From: Octopus sinensis
Lineage: Eukaryota
Direction: 5' to 3'
NCBI RefSeq assembly: GCF_006345805.1
Contig: NC_042997.1
Coordinates: 55,924,001-55,988,000 of the forward strand
DNA: 64,000 bases
In this document: one piece after another, positions 13,693-27,200 of the stretch
Numbering within the stretch: the stretch's first letter is position 1
How the letters are laid out: each line of letters opens with the position of its first letter
Notes under the pieces: model-generated
What the model was told of the DNA's origin: nothing
The model's input: only the letters and a program-made list of their open reading frames with translations
Databases searched by the model: none
Translations under genes and position numbers: made by a program

Positions 13693-13742
13693 GAAGAAGA
13701 AGAAGAAGAAGAAGAAGAAGAAGAAGAAGAAGAAGAAGAAGA
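13693..13742. repeat. (GAA)n microsatellite
   Basis: Direct reading. Confidence 0.95.
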
Positions 13743-16529
13743 GTAGGAACCGTACAGATATAGAGAGAAATAGCAGTGGAAAGACGGAAGATAACTAAGA
13801 AGAAATGTTAATTTTCCAGAATGTTCTGAAAGCTTAATATCACTTAACTATTAAATACTTTGCATAAACTGTAAAAGTTCTTTAAATAAATCGAAAGATT
13901 TCAGTGAGTTAGTGTAACTGTTGGTTTGATTACTATATATGCCATATATGTTCTTAATTATATGTGAACACTAGTGAAATAAGTGAAATACATGTCTCTT
14001 CTGGAGAAAGATTTTTGATTGCCATATCATTCTTCCTTGAATATTTATTTTGTTTTAATTGGAAAATAATTACTTTGGCTAATTTAAAGTAATTCTAATA
14101 TCGAGAATTTTAAATATAACGTGAAAGTTTCGATTTGCATACTTATTAGACAATTTGATTCCCTGAAGAAAATGACGATTTGTTCAGCAAAGTTATAAGA
14201 TCCTTATTATGCTTTGTTTTTTGTTTATTTTTATATGGAAATCAGTTACAGTCGATTCAAAGAAGACCGATATATATAAAATATTCTATCGACCTTAGTT
14301 GGTTAAAAGGCAAAGTTGATTTGGTCAGTATTAAATTCTGAACAGCGGGCTTACAGTTACTTACCACTCCGTAAGTATTGAAATGAAAATCGCTGTTAAC
14401 TACGATTTCTAACATATGTATAGAGTCAAATTTTTCAGGGCCTTTCTTTTCCTATACAAATCATTTTCATAAGTTTGTCCTAAACGTCTACGCTTGTTTT
14501 CAGACTTTTACTTAGCCCTTGTTTCATAAGTTATGAGCAATATGAAACTTTCCTTTCATAAGTCCCAAGTTGTTCTGGTAATCGAAAAAAATATTTAGAA
14601 TGAGTATCACATACGATGCTTAGAAGCCAAAGAAGCATGTCCTGTGTATCACATGTGAGACACAGGATACATATTAACCGACTGCTGAAGATTGGAAGGC
14701 AGAGCCAATATCAGTTTGAACAGAACTCAAAATATGAAGGCATATAGAAAAAAAAAGACCCTAATTAATTTTGTCAGGAGCTCTACCGATTATAAATATA
14801 AACTAAATAAGAATCATCATCGAATACTTTTTGATAACTGAATACTATTCAAAACATTGGCAAAGGTTTGAAAATCTTTCAACAATAAAACATATACCAT
14901 TGGCTTATGATCTCAATAATTAAGAACACCTAAAATCTGTCAGTTCCTCTCAGTGGAATACCGAAGAGATAGTTACACCATCTTATATTTGTGGGTAATA
15001 TCCTGAACATAAAGTAGCAAACTTGTGCACAAATCATAAATTTTACTTGAGATCTACAACACGCTGTCAACTTTAAAAAACGTTGCCTTTCATCATTCTC
15101 GGGTCGATAAAGTACGTAGAAGTCAAGTTGAGAAGATCGAATGTTCCCTCCCTAAAAATGTGTGGCATCGTGCATATGTTAGAAATCAATATATTAAATC
15201 ATGTTAACGATGCCAATATATTAAATCATGTTCAATGTAGACACAAGCTAGATTGATGTTCTTTTGTATTGGTGTGTGTGTTGTTGCAGTCACAGGTCAG
15301 CCCTGGTCGTTTTTTCGTGTTTGTTTTGGGGTTTTTTTCTTATTCAAATACATTGTATCTAAGACTACATTATTCAGTACATCTTGTTTTGTAGAACGAA
15401 AGGGTGTGATTTGAGATTGATTTGGTGTCTATTTCTAGCAGATTGGGAGACCAAGTACGTAACTTCATTTCCTCGAAGTAGACATGGTTTATTCGATACA
15501 AGGAACACACTATGACAGATATCTTCATGTTTTATTAAGAAGTGCATTTATAGCAAACACATTCTTTTATAGGTGTGTTTGTATACGAATGTATGGCGAC
15601 CAGTGTGTATGTATGCTTTAGTGTATGTGTATGTAACTGAGTCTGCTGCATTACTTTACCTCTTTGTTGTTAGAATCCTGATATTTTTATTCGGGATCAT
15701 AACTTAACCAGATCTCTGCCTTAAATGCTATGGACAAGTCCGAAGGGAAATTTTCTGATGGCGACAGATTCTAAAAGATATTACTTCGATTCTTTGGTGC
15801 ACCAACGCAACTTTAACGGAAGACGAACTTCCGAAGAAGAAAAGTACTTAGAGTAGAGTAAAGGGTCCTTTTTCATGCTTGCGTTATCCTTTGTAGCATG
15901 TTGAATACAGAATGTTGTTTAGATATATTAAAGACATAATATGACAGCTGAAGCATTGCGATGGATCAGTTGTTCTATTTTTCCATAGCCCCTTGTTTTT
16001 CTTCTGTCATTTTGCTGCAAAACTGGAAAAGTAGAGATATTCAACATTCCAAAGGAAATTCAAGAATATTGTGAACCATAAATAAGACACGGTTAAGCAA
16101 TCAAGCTCCAGAATTTAATTTAAGGTGGAAATTTGTGGAAACCTCCTTGGTTCAGACTGACATTAAATATGTTTAGTAAGCTACAAAAGTAATACTGCAT
16201 GAGCATTTACAAAAGAAAATAATTATGTTCTTTTTCATAGTTGGTTTTAAGAAAAGTTTCACCCACAAAGCTTTCTCAATAACATTAAGACTGAAGCTAA
16301 ACGAAAGCAACATGAAACAAAAATATTGATTTCAGTTTTTGGTGCAAGGCCAATAATTTCAGGGGAGGTGTTAAGTCAATGTTTTGTTTTGTTTATTTGT
16401 TCTTGTTTTTTTTCTGCCTGATGCAACATTTTGATCAGAGTGAAATTTAATCATCATTTTCAGAACCTTCTATTACTTTTTTAACCTAATAAAAACTACA
16501 GATTCATTCATTCCGACCATTAGTTTTCC

Positions 16530-16795
16530 GTCAACCGCTGTTACGGGAACTTAACCAAATCAACACCGGTTGCCTCACTTACACACACACACGCACACAT
16601 ACACACACGCATATATATATTATATATAATTATTTATGCGACGGGCTTCCACACAGTTTCCGTCTACCAAATTCACTCACAAGACATTGGTCGGCCTGGG
16701 GTTATAGTAGGAGATTATAGAAGAAGACACTTGCCTTACAGTCCTCGGAGTGAATCCCAAAACCACGTGGTTACAAAGCTAGGCTTTACCACTAT
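16530..16795 (-). mobile_element. SINE family B, partial
   Basis: Matches the reverse complement of 58116-58529 (GGTAGACGGAAAC...GAAGCCCGTCG block). Confidence 0.8.
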
Positions 16796-17181
16796 TTTGG
16801 TGACAGGCAAAAAGAGGGGGTTGATCGTAGCGTGAAATAGCACAAGTAAAACCAGCAAACAATAGTCAAATCAAAACATCCCGCAAGTACGTAGAAATAT
16901 GAACTTTCAAACTAAGTGTTGCTAATGAGAATTGCACCATCCAACTATAAACAGTTGTGGTGTAGCTTCAGCGATTGGTATGAAATTAAAATCTATGAAG
17001 TCGAAGAACAAGTTATAGTCATTTTTTGCACATAACATGATTTGAAGAATACGCATGTGCATCGGTAAATATATACACGTACTCATGGATGATACATACA
17101 TACACACAAAGACATGTAAATTATCTATACTTGTATGAATGTATAATTCGTGAGCACGCGCGTGTGTGTATGTATGCGTGA

Positions 17182-17209
<28 letters not shown>

Positions 17210-17223
<14 letters not shown>

Positions 17224-17792
17224 CTGAGGTTGTCTGTGTGTGTGGCAGGTTTGGTAGCCTTCAACTAACACTATCTCCTCCGAGACCCTGCGGCGCAATT
17301 TGACCAAAATTGAAAGTATACTAGAAGAAGGCTTGCTCTTCATTCCGTTGGAGAAAAATTAAAATAGGACCATGTTAAGACCAAAAATTATTTACATCAA
17401 AAAGGTGCTTTTCTTTTCTATGAAAATGCCTATTTTTTACGATTTTGTGACTGCTGTGTCGCCATTTTTCGGTGTATTTCAACCAGAAAAATGTTCACTT
17501 AAAGAGAATAACAAGCTACATAATGCAAAATTTTTACTTTTCAAAAATTCCAATTCTAAAGGGTCGAAAATAATTTTTTTCCCCATAATGTTAATAGAAG
17601 GAATATTAACCAACAATACCAACAACTGAAGTTGGCATTACACATTTGCTGCACATTCAGAGCAAACTCGAGCATCGCCACACTTTACTTTTATTCATAG
17701 ATTGAAAGTATGTCAAAACTTTGTTAACGCGACATCAAAGTCTGCCGTTTTAAGCGCAACTAAAAAACAAACCCGAGCAACGCCGGGCTAAA
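17210..17792 (+). mobile_element. Non-autonomous Helitron-like element, 3' CTAG missing
   Basis: Starts TATATAAAGCTGAGGTTGTCTGTG; ends with the ACAAACCCGAGCAACGCCGGGC hairpin also found in the 31478-31847 element. Confidence 0.7.
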
Positions 17793-17801
17793 CATATATA
17801 T

Positions 17802-17913
<112 letters not shown>

Positions 17914-18061
17914 GAAGAAAGAGTTTAACAACTGAAAGACATTTATAGATAAAGAAATTCTTTGAATTTGTATGTATATTCTGTAATTACAGTATAAATA
18001 TATAGTTAAAGTAATAGTTGTGAACTCTGTGAAAACTCGCTCCTAACATAGACAGGATCGA

Positions 18062-18140
18062 TTAGAAAGAAAGAAAGAAAGAAAGATGGGAAGGAAGGAA
18101 GGTAGACAGAAAGAAAGAAAGAGTGAAAGAAAGAAAGAAA

Positions 18141-18193
<53 letters not shown>

Positions 18194-18252
18194 GGGAAGG
18201 AAGGAAGAAAGACAGAAAGAAAAAAGATGAAAAGGAAGGAAGGAAGGAAGGA
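18062..18252. repeat. (GAAA)n/(GGAA)n repeat
   Basis: Direct reading. Confidence 0.95.
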
Positions 18253-21200
18253 AAATACAAGTGCAACATATCGTTATGTGAACAGTTTTACCTTTATGAA
18301 ACACTCCCAGCGGCTTAGTAATTAATCAAATAGCAAAATATTCCATAAACATAAAGAAATTAATATATAAGAATCACATTTATTCAGAATATTTAAATAC
18401 TGCTGCAAATTAAATTAAAGTAAATATTATACCTTAATTTCATTATTCAAGACATTTATGAGTTTCTTACAACTGGAAAGGAAGAAGTAATTTCTTCCAA
18501 TACATAGGAAGTAAGTTTCAAGGGTTTTTTTGTTTGTTATTTAGTTTATTTGTTCTGTCTTGTTTTTTTTTTTTTTTATATCGATATTATTTGTACAGAA
18601 ATTAATCACATCGTAAGTAATTACTAACGCAATATTATTATTTTAATAACGAACATTTATTATTGGGTAACTCATTAAATAGCTTTTTTTCCTTCTTCAA
18701 TTATTTACAGAAATGTACCAAGCGCACTGTGTATTTCACTTGAAAGTACTTGGTTTGTCTTACCTCTGAAGTCAGTATATTAGTAACTGTGTACACGCTG
18801 CTTTTGTTAATAGCAACTAAATTATACTATCTAAATCGTGCTGAAATGAACCCTTCAACTCGGGAACCGCTAGTTCAAGCCTAAAGGTTCCAAGCCAGTT
18901 TAAACTCCTTCATCTCAGATGTGTGTTATATTTCTTTTACTACTAATTTAAATCGTCAGGAAATTTCGATTGAAAAGAAATCAAGAATGAAATCAATGAT
19001 CCTATGAATAGCAAATACGAAAGATTTCGCGAAAAATCTTCCCTAAGTAAATATTTTGATCTTTCTCTTATTACATGAATTATTTTTAGGAAGACAAATG
19101 AAGGTATCAGAAATCTCCACTAATATCAATTGTATGTTTTAATTTATTATCATTATCATAATTACTATTACTTCTACACCAACTACATACTATTACTACT
19201 ACTACTACTATTACTACTACTACTACTACAGCTGCTGCTACTACTACGACTACTATTTCATTGTATGATAATATATTAGCATTCTTTATCTGTTATATAT
19301 CTTACTAAATATTGCTGTCTAAAATGCTCATCAATCATAATAATAGTTTTGTCAGTTGACCCAGACATGATTATTATTGTCTTAATTGGATTTAAGTCAA
19401 TGAAAGTTATACATACGTATATAAAACTCTTCCAAAAGCACCGGTGTCTAATGAGAACAATTCCCAAAACACTAGTTGTTATACTAGAGCTAAGGAAGTT
19501 TGGAATCTTGTCAATCTGGCTTAAGTTCGGCTTCAGAATTCAATTCGAGATTTTCCATGTCTGGCTTTCTCACGTTGTCTTATTTATTAGCTAACCAACG
19601 GGAAATGAAACGTGCCTGTGACCCTTGTAGGACCACTGAGGCTCTTTCGATGTTCAAGTCGATGCTCAATTTAAACATATGTAGGTTGACATATGCAGAG
19701 AAACATGGCGGATATGGAATTCCAAAAGTAAAACAAATACAGCAGAATGTCATATAGGATCTGAATAATTTGAGTCAGTATGGAAAACGATATTAAAAAA
19801 GACTGGTATGATGAATAGGTGTGGATTGAGGGGGATATGTATTGATTACGTCTTGGTATTGTTGAAGGAGACGAGGTTGCCACTGAAATATGTTTTGAAG
19901 GTTTCTTTTAATAAAAACTATACTGTTCTGACCGACGATTACCTAGGATGCATGTGTTGAAGTCTACCTACGGAAGATAGAGGAAAATTAAGGGGAGGAA
20001 CCATATGCATAGGGGTATGCGCAGTTAGAAATAACAGAAATTAGATCATTAAAGAGCAGAAGGATAACTGTGTAAAACATGACCCATCATTGAGCTTCAC
20101 CAAAATTGAGGTGTTGTAAGTTGGGCAGAACCCTGTAATGGATTGGTCCGGTGAGAAATTTTCGATTATACTGGGAGATGGATCCACGAAGAGGTGAGCA
20201 AACTATATGGAAGATATCCATTCTAGGCGCTGTCGATGATTATGTTGGTGTCAATAGCAACAACATCACCTCTCTAAAGTTCTCATCGTAGGAGACCTTT
20301 GGTGTGTAACACATGAAAGTAGATTTCCGTGAGGTGATCATTGAGTGGGGAACCAGCACTTAAGGTGATAGCAAATGTGCCTCTGTAATTTAGTTCTTTA
20401 TTAAATACAAATGTTATTTGAAATTAAAAACTTCGGTGATTAACAGAGCATGGTATTCTAAAATACAACATTGTAGAATTTATAAGATTAACAAGAAACC
20501 AATAACTTATATATCATTAAGATATACTAAATGCTTGAACTTAATTAAAGCCATTGATTTATGACTGGTGACTAGGAATAAAAAATACATTCGCGAAACC
20601 TCACTAAAAAGTTCAGATGACCGAGTTGTTCATATCCTGTCACCAGCCCTGTGTAGTGTACGTGGGCAAAATATTTAAATCTCTTATGATCTACCCGCTC
20701 CATCTATCTGATAACGTACAACACAGTTGGAGGTACAACTCCCGGCTCTAAGCAATGACAGCAATGAAAATTTAATTAGTACTTGAAAGTGTTGAGTTCA
20801 AATCTTTCTTTAGATATTCTTTGGAAAAACTCAGTTGGTTGAAATAATAATCTTTATTGGGAGCTTCTAAGACCAATGCTCGTTTTAACCCCACCACCCT
20901 CATCATCACCACGTAACTTTTGGGTGCTTTAGCGGTGTGCACTCCGTTGCAAACATTCGGGTTTGATTTCTGGTCTGATGATAACTTCCTCCACTCCCCC
21001 AATAGTCTCTGAGGAGTTAAAATAAAAGATCAAGTGTGCTACCCTTTCTTCTCTAACTATGTTTTTTTGTATCTTTTACTTGTTACAGTAAGTGGACTGC
21101 AGCCATTCTGGTGCACCGTCTTCAAGGGTTTTAGACGAATGAACCAACCCCAATATTTAATTTTTTTAAGCCCTGTTCTATTTTATGATACTTATTCTAT

Positions 21201-21531
21201 CGTAGACTTTTGTCGAACCGCTAAGTAACGGGGACATAAACAAACCAACATCAGTCAGGAGTTGGTAGGGGACAAATACAGACACATACACATAAAATAT
21301 ACATATAAGCGTTAAGCTGTCGTACGTCCAAATTTGGCCAAATGAGTTTTTTTTTTTTTTTTTTCAATATTTAATTTTGCTTGCAACAGTCGGTTCTTTT
21401 GGTTAAACTATCGAATCTCCAGCTGCTTCAGATATGAAAATTGTAAAAGTGTAGTACAACGGTTTAGCATTTTTCAAAAGTATAGTAAGTCCTACATACG
21501 ACAGTTTTGCAAAAATATTTCTGACTGAAAA

Positions 21532-21765
21532 GGGGCGGCGAGCTGGCAGAATCGTTAACACGCCGGGCGAAATGCTTAGCAGTAATTCGTCTCCCGTTAC
21601 GTTCTGAGTTCAAATTCCGCCGAGGTCGACTTTGCCTTTCATCTTTCGGGGTCCATTAAATAAGTACCAATTACGCAGTGGGTCGATGTAATCGACTTAA
21701 TCCCCTTTGTCCGTCCTTGTTTGTTCCTTCTATGTTTAGCCCCCCGTGGGCAATAAAAAGATAAA
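21532..21765 (+). mobile_element. SINE family A, full length
   Basis: GGCGGCGAGCTGGCAGAATCGTTAAC...GAGTTCAAATTCCGCCGAGGTCGAC...AATAAAAAG. Confidence 0.92.
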
Positions 21766-21952
21766 TATTTCTGACTGAAAATACCATACATGCATGGAGT
21801 TTCGATTTTATGCACCCAACAAAGTATCATTGTTAAGCTGAAGCTGTTGCTAATGTAAAAAGAAATGGAAAGGTGAAGATATGTTTTCATTTTCTGAAAA
21901 AGCAACGTTTTAGACTTACGACACTTTTGCATAATAGTAACGATATATTTTA

Positions 21953-22200
21953 TTGTAACGGGCGTTACGTCCATCCGTCTGTCTGTCTGTCTGTCTGTTC
22001 CCTATTCACGGTCAAACGACTGAACCAATGGTCACGGTGTTTTTCGGGATTACGAAGAAGGTAATCAGGAAGGTCTTTTGGCGAAAAAAATGTGAAAAAG
22101 TATGATTATTTAGTTGATATTGAGTTTTGTATTAATAAACCACCTTTGATTTTTTTTTTAAATCTCGGCGACGAGGATTAACTCACGATTCCCACCCACT
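21953..22200 (+). mobile_element. Helitron/HINE-like fragment
   Basis: GTAACG-GG-CGTTAC palindrome (21955-68), then (GTCT)n and CACGGTCAAACGACTGAACC. Confidence 0.5.
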
Positions 22201-22409
22201 CCCCTATATTTCGTGAATTTAGAGGGTTTAGATTTCGATACCATTCCTTTAGTTCCCATCGTAGATGGGCGGATTTGCTATCATACTATAATGGACGTTA
22301 TGTTCATCTGTCTGTACCTTGAATGTGCCTCGTTTACCCTTATCAGGGTATACTGGGCTTCGTATATAGCAGCACCTCCCCCTCAACCCTCACCTTCCTC
22401 TTCAAATGA

Positions 22410-22831
22410 TGTTTGAAGAAATGGAAGACGGGTCCACCACACAGCCTCTTTTGCCACAGCCACTAAGCAGTGAAAGATCTGCCTTCTTTCTCTACTAACG
22501 AAAGGTGGTGTGTCGATGTTCACTATACACTCGGCAGACAGCTGAATTCGTCTTACACGTGACAACAGCTACTCTACACAGTCCCACAAATCTCTAATGC
22601 ACGGACACTGAATTATTGCATGCAACGGTTTCGTCCTCCTGCAAGCATCTCGGCCAGGTTCGATTGTTGGCACTTCCATACCTGAAGAGCTTGTCTCGAA
22701 CAGGCAATGCCCCTCTGTAACACTGCCAAGCTAAAGACTTTTGGAAATTGTCCATGATCTTCGACCCGAAGGTCCTCTGGGAAGAGATTAGTCAGACTGT
22801 TCTCGTCGATGCCTAGACTCAATCCTAGACC

Positions 22832-22845
<14 letters not shown>
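22410..22845 (-). mobile_element. L1/Tx1-clade LINE ORF2 C-terminal (zf-RVT) fragment
   Basis: AWQCYRGALPVRDKLFRYG...WPRCLQEDETVA-(frameshift)-AIIQCPCIRDLW...LVAVAKEAVWWTR. Confidence 0.85.
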
Positions 22846-22882
<37 letters not shown>

Positions 22883-23063
22883 GGTTTCAAATTTTGCCAC
22901 AAGGGCAACAGTATTAGTGGGGAAGGACATGAGTCGAATACATCGACCCTAGTGTTCACCTGGTACTTATTTTATCGACCCTGGAAGGATAAAAGGCAAA
23001 GTCGGCTTCGGCGGAATTTGAAATCAGAAGGAGCGCTTAGCTCAAGATCACATACATTTTTAT

Positions 23064-23108
<45 letters not shown>

Positions 23109-23520
23109 AACACACACACACATAGGGAGAGAGAAAGACGGAGAAGGAAAAGCAGAGTGACTTGCATGTGTACTCTTTCGTACGTTCACAAAGATTACGA
23201 TAAATAATAATATGTAAGGCAAAATACTTTTCTCTTTTCGTTATACTCCCTTCATTGTTTCATATTTATATATACATATTTGTGTGTGTATTTATGCCTG
23301 TATGTGTGTGCATGTGTGCGAGCTTTTATGCATCAATGTGTATGTGTGTATATATATATATATACACACACATACACACACACACATGCACACAGAAATA
23401 TATATGTGTGTGTATGTTTGTGTGTTGTATGTGTATGTATGCATGTATGTGTATATATATATATATATATATATTATAGATGTGTTGTATGTATGTGCGT
23501 GTGAATGTATGTGTGTGTGT

Positions 23521-23590
<70 letters not shown>

Positions 23591-23943
23591 TTGTCGAATA
23601 TCTTATCCCCTAATTCTACAGGGTGTAATGTCTGCATTGAGGTAAAAATTCTCTGAAAAATAATCTCCAATCGAAACATCTTTTAAGTAAAAGGCTTTAT
23701 TAAATAAAGCTCACGCAAGAGCCATTTATCTCTTATCTGATGGTGTTTAGTTTTGTAGCATTGAAAAATCATCGGTTTAATAATTCAAAAGCTGTGAAAT
23801 GCGGAAAATAGGAAAACTCATGAACAATGTTTTTCACAAATGAAAAGCCAACTGAGAAAAACAGCTTATCGAAATATCTAATTATCTTTGATAACCACAC
23901 ACACATACACACACACACTCACATACATACATACATACATACA

Positions 23944-23978
<35 letters not shown>

Positions 23979-25014
23979 GTATATATATATATATTTCTTC
24001 AAAAGTTCCACATATATATATATATATATAATATATATATACATGCAATATCATCTGAGGCGAAACTACTACTTAAGATTTTATCTCATTTGCACAGATG
24101 CTTAGTTGTGTCAGAAACATAATTCTTTTGTTAACTTTTTAAATGCAGCTAGTCCAGGTGAGGTTTCCTTTTGAAAACAAAAAGACGTCCAATATGATTA
24201 TGGTTCTACTTCTTCTCCGGAACTTTGACAATATTTCAAGCCATTGCCATTGCCATAATGTTTCGTGTTTTGCGTCGAAATTTTCGGGACTGTCCATCAT
24301 TTTATATTAAATGCTGATAATAATATTTTTTCTTCATGAAATTTTCTCCGACTTCTTACACATCTCTTTCACTTCCTATCACATTTTAGACAACGGTGAG
24401 ACTGCTGCTGATTTTGTAGCGACTTGGGCAGCAAATAGTTCATATCTTCTCACCTGAGCTGTGAGTTATATCTATGACCAAAAATGTTAATACCTAAATA
24501 TCTGTAAACAGATAACATGGGAATGTAAACAGTGGCAGCACCAGGTATTTCATTGTCTGGCAGTGTTGATTTCAAAGCTTTACTAAGTGGCCCGCTTAAT
24601 TCCAAATTAGACCTTTTTTTCTTTCAAATCAGCTCTTAATCAATTCAAATTATTTTTAATGTCGTATTCATTTTCTAACATGTATTTTCTCTTTCTACAA
24701 ACCTTCTGCTGATTACACACAACTGTACATCCTAAAGTATTGATAAAGTACTCTTGTTTGAATTTTCATACTTTTGTTTTAATTTTCCTTGGTGTAAATA
24801 TTGCAGATTTTATTTTCAATATATATCCACACTTCTCTATCTTAAGCTTTAGCTTCTTGAAACAGACATCGGGGAGCGAGATTTAAGATCTTAGGCAGAC
24901 AAGATCGATTTCGACTCTCAACTGCAACCAACTCGCATCAATTGCATTGATCCGGTGAAAAATAATGATTCTGTCATTTTCCATTTATTCATTCTTTGCA
25001 ACTCTGAAAAACAA

Positions 25015-25057
<43 letters not shown>

Positions 25058-25064
25058 TATATAT

Positions 25065-25946
<882 letters not shown>

Positions 25947-25962
25947 ATATATATATATATAT

Positions 25963-26075
25963 TGGCCTGCTCGCTTAGCCAGCGGGGTGGCGTCATTCGA
26001 AGGCTAAAACAATGCGAAGGCATTGTGACCAGCGATGTGTAGCAACATCTGATGGTCTGGTCGGTCACGTGATAT
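25963..26075 (+). mobile_element. SINE family C 3' tail only
   Basis: Near-identical to the tail at 51229-51341. Confidence 0.85.
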
Positions 26076-26091
26076 CACGTGCTATATATAT

Positions 26092-26579
26092 AGCAATAAT
26101 AATTCTCTAAACGAGATATAGACAGTAACTGCTCCATAACATAAGGGACGTTAGCCATCTGAATGTGGCTAGGGACAGGGCAGGGCGGTGGGGGTGTTAC
26201 TGATGCATTTAGCCCCAGGCGATCATCAACGTCACCAGGAGGGCTGACGCCATCACGGCGTCCTCTAGCCTGCAAAGGGAGATCATTCCCCGAAGAAGCG
26301 GATGCCACATACGGACCTAGGTTTCAAGGTATTTGCCTATTATCAACGCATGGCAGGCACCGCTCCTCGACGAACAACTCTCTGTGCAGGATATATATAA
26401 AGATTTTCACAGTAAATACATTTACTGATGTAGAAAATCCGTTCGACAGCAATAATAATTCTCTAAACGAGATATAGACAGTAACTGCTCCATAACATAA
26501 GGGACGTTAGCCATCTGAATGTGGCTAGGGACAGGGCAGGGCGGTGGGGGTGTTACTGATGCATTTAGCCCCAGGCGAT
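26092..26579 (-). mobile_element. Retrozyme-like tandem element, 356-bp monomer, ~1.4 copies (locus A)
   Basis: 26092-26223 is identical to 26448-26579; contains an HHR; homologous to 49333-49884. Confidence 0.8.
26308..26352 (-). ncRNA. Type I hammerhead ribozyme, U3-A8 core variant
   Basis: CAUGCG-UUGAUAA-UAGG(CAAAUA)CCUU-GAA-ACCUAGGU-C/CGUAUG. Confidence 0.8.
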
Positions 26580-26585
26580 GATATA

Positions 26586-26974
26586 GTGGAGGCGCAATGG
26601 CCGAGTGGTTAGGGCAGCGGACTCGCGGTCATAGGATCGCGGTTTCGATTCCCAGACCGGGCGTTGTGAGTGTTTATTGAGCGAAAACACCTAAAAGCAC
26701 CACGAGGCTCCGGCAGGGGATGGTGGTGATTCCTGCTGTACTCTTTCACCACAACTTTCTCTCACTCTTACTTCCTGTTTCTGTTGTACCTGTATTTCAA
26801 GGGGCCGGCCTTGTCACTCTCTGTATCACGCTGAATATCCCCGAGAACTACGTTAAGGGTGCACGTGTCTGTGGAGTGCTCAGCCACTTACACGTTAATT
26901 TCACGAGCAGGCTGTTCCGTTGATTCGGATCAACCGGAACCCTCATCGTTGTAACCGACGGAGTGCTTCCATTC
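26586..26974 (+). mobile_element. tRNA-derived SINE family C, full length (tail type 1)
   Basis: GTGGAGGCGCAATGGCCGAGTGGTTAGGGCAGCGGACTCGCGG...GGTTTCGATTCCC head. Confidence 0.92.
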
Positions 26975-27009
26975 CATATTTGCGTGTTGTGAGGTTGTTT
27001 TTTTTTTAT

Positions 27010-27200
27010 ATATAGGGAGAGTTTACGAAAAAAACAAAAGACAAAGACAGGTGGGGTACAAAACAAACAGATGTATTAGTATAACGCTCAGGAATAGAAA
27101 AAGTCTTTTACGTTTCGAGCCTACGCTCTTCTACAGAAAGGGACACAGAAAAAAAACAAGGAGAGAAAAAAATGTGTAGTGGCTAACGATCTATCATAAT
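27010..27200 (-). mobile_element. PLE-type terminal repeat fragment, family 2
   Basis: Related copy at 47505-47665; carries an HHR-like motif. Confidence 0.65.
27105..27140 (-). ncRNA. Minimal hammerhead motif, A6U core variant
   Basis: CUUU-CUGUAGA-A-GAGC(GUAG)GCUC-GAA-ACGU-A/AAAG. Confidence 0.65.

Noticed and set aside
19900-20420. Decayed LINE endonuclease region
   Set aside because: Motifs too degraded to assign
26586-26660. Functional tRNA genes in SINE heads
   Set aside because: No complete acceptor stem; they continue into repeated SINE bodies
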